This document shows, in pieces, positions 10,784-20,783 of a stretch of 23,525 bases of DNA. The stretch comes from Selaginella moellendorffii (taxonomy: Eukaryota; Plantae; Lycopodiophyta), in the NCBI RefSeq assembly GCF_000143415.4, contig NW_003314286.1:872554-896078 (forward strand), read 5' to 3'. Below the pieces are notes generated by a model, which searched no databases, had not been told where the DNA came from, and was given only the letters and a program-made list of their open reading frames with translations. How positions within the stretch are numbered: the first letter of the stretch is position 1; every line of letters starts with the position of its first letter. A program made the position numbers and the translations under genes.

Positions 10784-11864
10784 GTGAGACCAAGGTTGAG
10801 GCTGAGACCAAGCCCAAGCCCAAGCCCGAGTCCAAGTCCAAGTCCGAGTTCGAGTTCGAGTCTGAGAGGGTGAAAGCCCAAAGCATTTGTCTCCTAGACC
10901 TTGGGGGGTTTAGTGAGCTCCAAAAGTATAGTAAGGGGGAGGACTGCAGTGGAGCCAGTTTGGCCAGGAAAGGCCAGTTTGGCCTAGGAAGGCTGTACTT
11001 AATGTTGGGTGATGAGCTGCCCACTAGAAAGTCCAAGACTAGAGTGAACACGGACTGACAAATGGGGTAGCTTGGTAAAGTGTTCAAGAGCCGGCTCTAG
11101 TTCCCCCAGGAGATTGATTGGCCAATGCTCTCAATCCAAGTGTGGGTGGCACTACCTACTTGGATACCTGGCGTGGCTCAACGGAACCTCGCTCTAAGCC
11201 TATGGCTAAAGCACCCAAAGGCAGAAGGCAGGGAGAGTACCCATGAGGCCCGTGTAGGGCCACGGTGTTCCAAAATGTTGTCACAAAGGCCCAGACTGTG
11301 GAAAGGAAGAGGAGTAGTCCTCGGATGTGGTGACCAAGGACATAGTCACACAGTGAGGAAGTCCTAGAGGATAGTGGGACTTAGTGGTCGGGCCCATGGG
11401 CCTTGATCCAGTGGCAGTGTTGGCGAACACGGCCAAGGACAAAAAGGGACTTGGTGGGGACCGGAACGGAGATATTGGGGAAGGCTAATCCCCATGTCTG
11501 TGGGCATCCTAAGGATGCTAAGGAGTGGATCTGGGATAATCACTCACGGATGGATGGCCCAGTCTTTGAGAGACAGGACTGTGATGCAGGTGGTGTTAAA
11601 CCACCGGTGTGACCAAAGTGAAAGGGCATGGCCTTAGCGTAACAGGCTAATATGTCAATGGTACCTTGGGGTGTCGGTCATGGGATTGGACACGCGGAGC
11701 ACTTGGACCAAGTGCAATGGTTGAGTGGCATGGATGCCATTCTTGGGGGCTAGCAAGTCCTTAAGTCCAGAATAGGACCTATGGAGGTTGTGAGTGAAAC
11801 TCCTCCAAGTGGTCGGAGGTGTGGTTAAGTGACTAAAGTAAAATGGAAAATTTAGTCGTTTACA
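10784..11864 (+). mobile_element. Family A LTR, copy 1 (5' LTR of an element; lacks most of the U3 tandem array)
   Basis: Collinear with 16741-17789 and with the reverse complement of 21669-22820. Ends ...TTTAGTCGTTTACA, immediately followed by a PBS. Confidence 0.9.
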
Positions 11865-11867
11865 ATT

Positions 11868-11878
11868 TGGTATCAGAG
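11868..11878 (+). promoter_or_regulatory. Primer-binding site complementary to initiator tRNA-Met 3' end
   Basis: TGGTATCAGAG 3 nt after the LTR-terminal CA; the canonical plant iMet PBS is TGGTATCAGAGC. Confidence 0.92.
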
Positions 11879-14339
11879 TTGTTCCTTAGTCCGACTCTTA
11901 TTGGTGGCCAAGTATATCACCACTTGTATTGGAATTGAAAAGTCCTAGGTATGGACCTATCCTCGAGGAGTAACATGTCGAGAGGACATGGCTCTCCAAC
12001 TCAAGTTCATGTGTGACTTGTGCGCAATGTGGTGGATGGAAAAAGGGCCAGTAAGGGAATGACTTTGGGATCTTGGGAATAGTATAAGGGTTCCTTAGAG
12101 AGTTGAGGATGTGATCCAGATGAGTGTTTGACTTAGCAAATTGGCTAATGTAATTGTGGTAAACAACTACGGTTGAGATCACGGGAAAGATAGAGACTCC
12201 AAAGCAATAAAGGAGTCACAAGATTATCCTCATATAATTGAGGTTGGTGCTCATGAACGTGAGACTAGGATTAATAACCGTGGAAGGTCAAATACGGAAG
12301 AGGACACAAGTCCTTGAAATGGTAGCCGGGGCTACCTCTAATGAATGCTGGAACAACCTAAGGAGTTGGGGGTGTACTTAGAGGATGAGTTGGTATTCTC
12401 ATCACATGGACAAGTGGTCATAAGGGGCAAAAGGTTGGCCTCAAAGAACAAAATCAAGTGTCAAAGTAACACTTGCAAAGATGGTCTTTGTGAGTAGGAC
12501 ATAAATACATGAAGTTGTATTCTAGCAAGCTGGCACCTCAAAAGTAAGACCTTATAGGTCGGGGGATTATGAAAAGTTCAAATGGCTGAATGACTTAAGT
12601 GGAGTTAAAGAAAGGTCCTAAAGGACTAATGGAAGCATTTGGACTAAAGTGTGTTGTGCCCCACGAAGGATGGGGAGGATCATAAGATCCAAGTATAAGA
12701 ACAGTGGGTATTTCATGGGTGGCAGAATGTGCCATACTAAAGTCGTGGGAAAGGTGTTCCCAGAAGAAGCAACTTTGGTGCAAAGTTGTGTGCGAACATT
12801 ATGGTGTAGTGCTAACAAATAGTTGGTATGAGAAACAACTAGATTGGTTTTGGCAAAGACCTAGACACAAGTGCAAAGTGTCATAAATGCAGACTTATAG
12901 AGTCGATGGTGTGGAGACACCAAATGGGCCAAGGTGTAATACCTTGAGATTATGTTGATGGGTTCATAAGAACCCCTTGCCAAGGGAATCCCAATGGAAA
13001 TAGAAATGGCATAGCCTAAGCTAAAAGGCATGTGGTAGAGTGTGGTGACCCGGATAATGATGGAGGTGTGGAAGCACTAGCAATGAGTTGTAAGACTTGA
13101 CAACCATGAAGCAACTAAGTAAGAAGTGCAGGTAATTGGTTAAACAGGTAGAAGGTAGCTACCCAAGACTTCTTAATGGCATAAGAAGTTATATATACCC
13201 TTACAAGGGATAAATTGCTTATGTTGTGAAATAGTAAGTCAATGTCGTAAAGGGAGATGCTCATTATCAAGGAGGCCATTATTGGGACACCCAGACACTC
13301 TAGAACACTAGGAGGTGGTGTTCATGAGGGCAATAGATAAGGCCTAAGTGATGAAGTCCCTAGTGAATGATGGATAGAAGGTGCTATCCAAATGTCTAAG
13401 GTTGCGGAGACAGAAGAAAATTGTCTACCCGAATTGGACAAAGCCAAAATGAAATTTTGGCAAGGCTAGTGATGGGCATATAAAAGCTTATATGTAGCAA
13501 TGTTAATCCCCGTGTGTGGGATTAGAAGTTGAGCATACCCAGATTGAGGAACCACTCCCTAAGTTATTGGATAGGTTCATCCCTAAGAATATTTGCTATG
13601 GCATAGTAGAAAGTGCAAGGCTATCCTCCTAGTCTGGATGAGAATAATCAAAGGAAAGGTGTGAGGCCAAAAACAAGTAGTAAGGGGATAGAACCAAAAC
13701 ATAGAAATCGAATTGCATAACCAAAGTGGTTATGCAAGTTGGGAGTGGAGAATCAAGTGGGTGCTTAAGCATGTTGTCACTAATGACTGTGATGTTATAG
13801 AGAGTCTAAAGCATGGAATTGTCCATGTTAAACTATATAGCAATTAAAAAGCTTGCGAAAGGAGACGCCTTAGCAAGCTAAGAGACAGAGTTCCTTCAAA
13901 AAGGTTCCCCAAGACAATTTTAGGTAACTTGATACCTAGAAAGCCAAGTGTAAATGGTTCATAGAACGCACGAAATCAGAGTGGCGTAGTAGAAGCGTGG
14001 TCTTGAAGCTTGCCATAAAGCGAGGCTATCAAGGTTGGGGAAGTAGTTCCTGAGTGTTCAAAGAGAGGGCTTTGAACGGAAGTCAATGGTTGAGGACTTT
14101 CACGCTTATGCATGAACCATGTTATAGTGGCCGGATGACTTATTAAGTGACATTGGCAAGTCAGGGGAACAAATCCCTTAGTTGAAGGTGCTAACTTCAA
14201 AAGGGATGGCCTATGAGGCCGAGCATAGAGGAGTCCATGCATGATCACAAACTTGTCAAATGAGAGGACTTGGCAGTGCGGAGGAACTAGGTTCCTAAAC
14301 TGTGATCTATAGCACGTTTTAAGAACATGTTGGTGCACC

Positions 14340-14437
14340 GGCGTGGGGAGTCACGCCCCATCCGTAGATGCATATACGGAGGTTGGATTCGAGTCCCGAC
14401 CCTCTAGTGCTTGGGTTCGAGTCCCAAACCACTAGGG
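14340..14437 (+). other. Four abutting hairpins, two capped by a TTCGAGT T-loop/B-box-like loop
   Basis: GGCGTG/CACGCC (14340-14357), TCCGTA/TACGGA (14361-14380), GTTGG(A)-TTCGAGT-(C)CCGAC (14382-14400), CTAGTG..TTGGG-TTCGAGT-CCCAA..CACTAG (14404-14435). Confidence 0.65.
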
Positions 14438-15407
14438 CATAGTGATGGTTTGGAATATGAGGACACTCATTTTTCGATGGTCATGGACTCTCAATGAGGA
14501 AACTGGTTTGGGCACACTGCCAAGTGAGGGATGCCTTGGAGTCGTGATGCACAGTTAGATTGCTTAGTGTGGCTCGGCATATCTAACTTGAACACTTGGT
14601 GCGAGTGGCACCAAGGACGTGGTGAATGAGATGGGGACATCCAGTCTCAGTTGCTATAGACCCTTAGCCGGAAGGGCTGGCTTGAGTGCACTGCCAAGTG
14701 TGGGGGATGCCTCCGGGGTCATGGTGAACAACTTAAAGGTCTGGAAAACTTAATACCTATTGGCAAACCTGTTAAGGTGCCAAGGTGTGATCACTAGGTG
14801 ATCTTATGGCTAAAAACAAGGACAAGGTCCTTGTGAGGTTAAGGGATAAAGTCCCTAAATCAAAGTGTAGGTTTGAACTATTAATGATGGTGTGGCTTGG
14901 TTAAGGTGATGTAGCGCATGTGATCATGGGATGAGATTTGGATATACTATCACCGTGGATCCTTAGAACTTTGGGGGATAAATGGGGATAAAATAGCTAT
15001 TAAGGGCTCTCTCATCAAGCAATTACCCCTTTTCCATTTGGCTTAAGGGGAGAGAGATAGGGTGCACTAAAGTTTGTATCGGAGCAAATGGCACGGGTTC
15101 GATTCCCATTGATTAATGACTACTTAAAAATATAATATACCCTTGAGCAAGGTATATTTCTACCTCTAAATTTGAAATTGTATGTATTAGGCATCCATGC
15201 GTATGTCCTTCCTTTTGTGTGGAATATCCACGGATGAAGGTATCCATTGTGGGACTACAGTATGGGTGGATGACTAGTTGCCTCACATGGAATAGCTGGT
15301 TTACACAATGAAAGGATTGGTAAATTAAGTGTGGAAATGGAGGTGTTGGTTCCCCTTGGCTCAGTAGGGGTTGTTTGTTAATAGTCAATGAAGACATTAA
15401 CATCTCT

Positions 15408-15420
15408 AAAGGGGGGGGGG
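15408..15420 (+). promoter_or_regulatory. Probable polypurine tract of the first element
   Basis: AAAGGGGGGGGGG abutting the gap. The preceding ATGAAGACATTAACATCTCT resembles ATAAAGATATTGAACTTTGTCT in front of the PPT at 16071. Confidence 0.55.
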
Positions 15421-15520
15421 NNNNNNNNNNNNNNNNNNNNNNNNNNNNNNNNNNNNNNNNNNNNNNNNNNNNNNNNNNNNNNNNNNNNNNNNNNNNNNNN
15501 NNNNNNNNNNNNNNNNNNNN

Positions 15521-16082
15521 GGAAGCTCCAAAGGCAGAAAGCGGTAAAGTAGCCAAATGATAGGGATGTGGACAGCCCTAGCATGAATTAGGATAACTAA
15601 AACTTAGGGCCAAAGGTCGTACAAAATGGGAAAGAGGATGATGGTGCCCTTAAATAGAGAACTTCCAAAGATGGGAAGTGGAGTTGTGCAATATGTGCAA
15701 TGCAAGGTGTCAGAGACACTTAGGAAATTGACTCTGACAAGTCAAATTTAAAAGTTCCAGAGTGCAAGTTTATATCAATGGGAACTGAGGCTACTCAGGA
15801 GTGAATAACAGGATTGAGATAGAGGAGGTGCCTCTAACAGGTTTAGCAAGAACTAAACCAATGAAAGGGAAAGAACCACCATAAGTGGTCGATCGAGTCT
15901 CTATATCAGAGAGGCTATGCGCTTTAAAGGATGGAGAAGGCATGGTAAGCTTTTGGTGTCATACCATTGACGAATATTGGCTAGGTGCTAAGGATGGAAA
16001 GGGTAATACATATTGGTGTTACTTTATAAAGATGGTTTATTGTTCGATAAAGATATTGAACTTTGTCTATGGGTGGTGGAGT
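15521..16082 (+). mobile_element. 3' end of a retroelement internal region ending in PPT GGGTGGTGGAG (16071-16081)
   Basis: Purine-rich tract directly before the LTR start TGTGAG at 16083. Confidence 0.7.
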
Positions 16083-17789
16083 TGTGAGAAACAAAATCCC
16101 TAGGCCCCAAAGTGGAGCCGAAAGGGCGCCACGTGGTAGTGGCTGAAGCGAAAGACAAACGAGCATAACACGTTTGAACTAAAAGCTCCGACTTAAAAAG
16201 GTCGAGAGTGGGAGTGGAACTCCCATCGAAGTGCTCGAGGAACAAGCACGAAGCAAGCCATGAGTGAGTCTCTAGAAAAGGGGACACAAGAGGACCAAAA
16301 CATGACACGTGGAAGTGTCTAAGATGGAGTCCGAGGTGGAGTCCGAGATGGAGTCTGAGATGGACCCAAGATGGACCCGAGGTTGAGTCCGAGACGGACC
16401 CGAGATGGAGTCCAAGATGGAGTCCGAGGTAGAGTCCGAGATGGACCCGAGATGGAGTCCGAGGTGGAGTCCGAGGTGGAGTTCGAGATGGACCTGAGAT
16501 GGACCCGAGATGGAGTCCGAGATGGAGTCTGAGGTGGAGTCCAGATGGACCCGAGATGGACTCGAGATGGAGTCCGAGATGAAGTCTGAGATGGAGTCCG
16601 AGATGGACCCGAGATGGACCCGAGATAGAGTCCAAGATGGAGTCCGAGATGGACCCGAGATGGAGTCCGAAGTCGAGATCGAGACCGAGACCGGGACCGA
16701 GACCGGGACTGAGACCGAGATTAAGACCGGGACCGAGACCGAGACCAAGGCCGAGGCCGAGACTGAGCCCAAGCCCAAGCCCGAGTCCGAGTCCGAGTCC
16801 GAGTTCGAGTTCGAGTTCGAGTCTAAGAGGGTGAAAGCCCAAAGCGTTCGTCTCCCAGACCCTGGGGGGTTTGGTGAGCTCCAAAAGTATAGTAAGGGGG
16901 AGGATTGTAGTGGAACCAGTTTGGCCAGGAAAGGTCAGTTTGGCCCAGGAAGGCTGTACCCAGTGTTGGGTGATGAGCTGCCCACTGGGAAGTCCAAGAC
17001 TAGAGTGAACATGGACTGACAAGTGGGGTAGCTTGGTAAAGTGTTCAAGAGCCGGCTCTAGTTCCCCTAGGAGATCGACTGGCCGATGCTCCTAGTCCAA
17101 GTGTGGGTGGCACTACCTACTTGGATACCTAGCGTGGCTCAACGGAACCTTGCTCTAAGCCCATGGCTAGAGCACCCAAAGGCAGAAGGTGGGGAGAGTA
17201 CCCATGAGGCCTGCGTAGGGCCACGGTGTTCCGAAATGTTGTCCCAAAAGCCCAGACTGTGGAAAGGAAGAGGAGTAGTCCTCGGGTGTGGTGATCAAGG
17301 ACACAGTCGCATAGTGAGGAAGTTCTAGAGGATAGTGGGACTTAGTGGTCGGGCCCGTGGGCCTTGATCCAGTGGCAGTGTTGGCGAACACGGCCAAGGA
17401 CAAAAAGGGACTTGGTAGGGACCGGAACGGAGATATTGGGGAAGGCTAATCCCCATGTCTGTGGGCATCCTAAGGATGCTAAGGAGTGGATCTGGGATAA
17501 TCACTCACGGATGGATGGCCCAGTCTTTGAGAGACAGGACTGTGATGCAGGTGGTGTTAGACCACCGGTGCGACCAAGGTGAAAGGGCATGGCCTTAGCG
17601 TAATAGGCTGATATGTCGATGGTACCTTGGGGTGTCGGTCATGGGATTGGACACGCGGAGCACTTGGACCAAGTGCAATGGTTAAGTGGCATAGATGCCA
17701 TTCTTGAGGGTTAGCAAGTCCCTAAATCTAAAATAAACCTATGAAGGTTGTGAGTGAGACTCCTACAAAGTGTTGGAGTGCGGTAAGTG
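16083..17789 (+). mobile_element. Family A LTR, copy 2 (3' LTR; last few dozen bases lost in the gap)
   Basis: Starts TGTGAGAAACAAAATCCC after the PPT; the same start occurs at 18044 (+) and 20434 (-). Homologous to copy 1 from 16741 onward. Confidence 0.9.
16322..16824 (+). repeat. Compound tandem array in the LTR: 11/12-mers GAGATGGAGTCC/GAGATGGACCC, then GAGACC, AAGCCC, GAGTCC and GAGTTC hexamers
   Basis: Directly visible periodicity; explains the low-complexity ORFs on both strands. Confidence 0.95.
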
Positions 17790-17889
17790 NNNNNNNNNNN
17801 NNNNNNNNNNNNNNNNNNNNNNNNNNNNNNNNNNNNNNNNNNNNNNNNNNNNNNNNNNNNNNNNNNNNNNNNNNNNNNNNNNNNNNNNN

Positions 17890-18043
17890 GATCATGGGAT
17901 GAGATTTGGATATATTATTATTGTGAATTTTTGGAACCTTAGGGGATATACAAGGTTAAAATAACTACTAAGGACTTTCTCATCAAACAAATGCCCCTTT
18001 TTTCAATTGAATTAAAGGAAGAGGAATAGATGTACTATATGTG
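17890..18043 (+). mobile_element. Diverged copy of family A internal sequence
   Basis: Aligns with 14922-15070 (gatcatgggatgagatttggatata...tctcatcaa...cccctttt). Confidence 0.8.
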
Positions 18044-19109
18044 TGTGAGACATAAATCCTAAGCCCCAAAGTGGAGCCAAAAGTGTGCCATATGGTAGTG
18101 GTTGAAGCGGAAATCCAATGAGTATAACACATTTGGACCAAAAACTTTGACTTGGAAAGTAAAAAATAGGAGTGGAATTCCAAATGAAAGTGCTCGAGAA
18201 ATGGGCACAAAATGATCGATGAATGAGTTTTTAAAAAGGGACAAAAGAAGGATTGATACATGGCAAGTGTTGTGACACATGAAAGTGTTGAAAAAGAGTC
18301 CGAGAAGGAGTTTGAGATGGAGTTCGAGATGGAGTCCAAGATGGAGTCCAAGAAAGAGTCTGAAAAGGAGTTTGAGATGGAGTCCGAGATAGAGTCCAAG
18401 AAATAGTCTGAAAAGGAGTTCGAAATGGAGTCTAAGATGGAGCCTGAGGTTAAGTCCAAAATGAAGACCAAGATTGAGTGTAAGATCGAAACCAAGATTG
18501 AGACAGTTTTAGACTGAGATTGAGATCGAGTCCAAGTCTGAGTCCCAATTCAAGTCCGATGATATAATCATTAAAGAGTCCAAGGCTAAAGTGAATACGA
18601 ATAAACAAGTGGGGTAACTTGGTGAAGTGTTCAAGAGTTGACTTTAACTCCCCTGGGAGATGAAATGGTCAATGCTCCCAATCCAAGTGTGAGTGGCATT
18701 ATCAACTTGGATGGAGTCCAAGTACTGGCCTTTCCTGGCCAAATTAGTTCCATTGGAGTCTAACCCCTACACTCCCTCCTGATCTCAATTTCTATTTTGG
18801 ACTCAACCTTGAGCTCCATCTTGAACTTCTTCTCAAACTCCTTGGACTCCATCTTGGACTCTTTCTCGGACACCAAGAAGACTATACCTATGTGGTGGAT
18901 AATGATATAACCACTAAAGAGTCCAACGCTAGAGTGAACATGAACAAACATATAAAATAACTTAGTGAAGTGTTCAAGAGTTGGCTTTAGTTCTTTTGGG
19001 AGATCAAATAATGAATGCTCCAAATCCAAGTGTTACCTAGTGTGGCTTATTGGAACCTTACTCTAGCCATATGGCTAAGGCACCTAAACGTGGAAGGTGG
19101 AGAGAGTAC

Positions 19110-20434
19110 TATAAGCGACTAAATTTTCCATTCCACTTTAGTCATCTAGCTAGCCTTGGAAATGGCATCCATGCCACTCAACCATTGCACTTGCNNNNNN
19201 NNNNNNNNNNNNNNNNNNNNNNNNNNNNNNNNNNNNNNNNNNNNNNNNNNNNNNNNNNNNNNNNNNNNNNNNNNNNNNNNNNNNNNNNNNNNNNNNNNNN
19301 NNNNNNNNNNNNNNNNNNNNNNNNNNNNNNNNNNNNNNNNNNNNNNNNNNNNNNNNNNNNNNNNNNNNNNNNNNNNNNNNNNNNNNNNNNNNNNNNNNNN
19401 NNNNNNNNNNNNNNNNNNNNNNNNNNNNNNNNNNNNNNNNNNNNNNNNNNNNNNNNNNNNNNNNNNNNNNNNNNNNNNNNNNNNNNNNNNNNNNNNNNNN
19501 NNNNNNNNNNNNNNNNNNNNNNNNNNNNNNNNNNNNNNNNNNNNNNNNNNNNNNNNNNNNNNNNNNNNNNNNNNNNNNNNNNNNNNNNNNNNNNNNNNNN
19601 NNNNNNNNNNNNNNNNNNNNNNNNNNNNNNNNNNNNNNNNNNNNNNNNNNNNNNNNNNNNNNNNNNNNNNNNNNNNNNNNNNNNNNNNNNNNNNNNNNNN
19701 NNNNNNNNNNNNNNNNNNNNNNNNNNNNNNNNNNNNNNNNNNNNNNNNNNNNNNNNNNNNNNNNNNNNNNNNNNNNNNNNNNNNNNNNNNNNNNNNNNNN
19801 NNNNNNNNNNNNNNNNNNNNNNNNNNNNNNNNNNNNNNNNNNNNNNNNNNNNNNNNNNNNNNNNNNNNNNNNNNNNNNNNNNNNNNNNNNNNNNNNNNNN
19901 NNNNNNCCATGGGCATAGCCTTCCTGGGTCACATTGGCCTTTCTTGGCCAAACTAACCCCACACTCTCCTTACTATACTTTTGGAACCCTCTACAACCCC
20001 CCGCCTCTAGGGGACAATTGCTTTAGGCTTTCACCCAACAGCCTGTATTAGTATTTAGACTTGGACTCAGACTTGGTCTCAGTCTTGGTTTCGGACTCGG
20101 ATTTGGTCTTGGACTCGGTCTTGGTCTCAATCTCGGTCTCGGTTTCATCTTACACTCCATCTCAGGTCCATTTCGGACTCCATCTCGGACTTCATCCATT
20201 TCGGACTCCACATGTCACGTGTTGGTCCTCTTGTGTCCCTTCTCTAGAAACTCACTTATTGCTTGCTTCATACTTGTTCCTTGAGCATTTTGTTGAGAGT
20301 TCCACCCGCTCTCAACCTTTCAAGTTGGAGATTTTAGTCTAAATGTATTACTCTCATTTTTGCTTCCACTTCAACCACTACCATATGGCACCCTTTCAAA
20401 TCCACTTTTAGGGCTCTGGGATTTGTGTCTCATA
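19110..20434 (-). mobile_element. Family A solo LTR, copy 4, inverted, nested in copy 3 with 5-bp TSD AGTAC/TGTAC
   Basis: The left end TATAAGCGACTAAATTTTCC is the reverse complement of the LTR 3' end; the right end ...GGGATTTGTGTCTCATA is the reverse complement of the LTR 5' end. Host sequence GAGAGTAC|CCATGAGG is rejoined on removal. The middle is an N-gap. Confidence 0.85.
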
Positions 20435-20592
20435 TGTACCCATGAGGCTCGAGTAGGGCCATAGTGTTTCAAAATGTCATCCCAAAGTCCTGGACTATGG
20501 AAAGAAAGAGGAGCAATCTTCTTGTGTAGTGACCAAAAGGCATAATCATGTGATGAGGAAATCCTAGACGTCAATAGGATTTAGTAGTCAGG

Positions 20593-20783
20593 TGTAAACT
20601 CCTGAATTTGAACTTCCCAGGAGGTCACTCAACCTAGTACTATTCAAACCTAAGGACGCTTAACCCCAAATATCCCAAGAGCCTTAACCAATTGGAAAAA
20701 GGGGTGCACTCTTATTCATAAACCCTTTCCTTTTATATTTGAACGTCATAGATCATCTCTCAAGTTGTTCTCTTTTGTTGACA
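20593..20783 (-). mobile_element. 191-bp solo LTR with 5S rRNA-derived segment (Cassandra-like TRIM LTR)
   Basis: On the - strand it reads TGTCAAC...GTTTACA (6/7 inverted repeat) with TATAAAAGG at ~20737-20729. 20664-20612 reads GTTAAGCGTCCTTAGGTTTGAATAGTACTAGGTTGAGTGACCTCCTGGGAAGT, matching the plant 5S internal control region. It interrupts LTR copy 3. Confidence 0.8.

Larger units (their letters stand above)
11865..15420 (+). mobile_element. Internal region of a non-autonomous/decayed LTR retrotransposon (probably Ty3/gypsy-derived)
   Basis: Runs from the PBS to a purine tract, with no long ORF. Faint frameshifted echoes of gypsy pol near 12655-12790 (P-R-R...EDHKIQV; F/QKK). The superfamily assignment is weak. 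Confidence 0.7.

Noticed and set aside
11125-11612. Conserved short ORFs repeated at 17086-17582 and 22128-22409
   Set aside because: They lie inside LTR copies; the similarity reflects DNA repetition, not demonstrable coding constraint.
14340-14410. Bona fide tRNA gene
   Set aside because: No 7-bp acceptor stem, and non-canonical D and anticodon loops.
15885-16103. Possible chromodomain remnant before the PPT
   Set aside because: Only scattered aromatic residues match; too degenerate to call without an HMM search.
16322-16824. CRISPR-like regular repeats
   Set aside because: No unique spacers, no cas genes, eukaryotic context; a simple tandem array.
16024-17022. Long ORFs ([22 protein letters not shown]) here and at 17983-18495, 20023-20342 and 22473-23515
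   Set aside because: Translations of the stop-poor LTR tandem array in several frames on both strands; no protein domain.
19050-20051. ORFs spanning N runs (also 15113-15584, 17770-17964, 22447-22958)
   Set aside because: Artefacts of translating through assembly gaps.
20612-20664. Functional 5S rRNA gene
   Set aside because: Only the central ~53 nt match; the 5' portion, 3' end and T-run terminator are missing, and it is embedded in a TG...CA unit.
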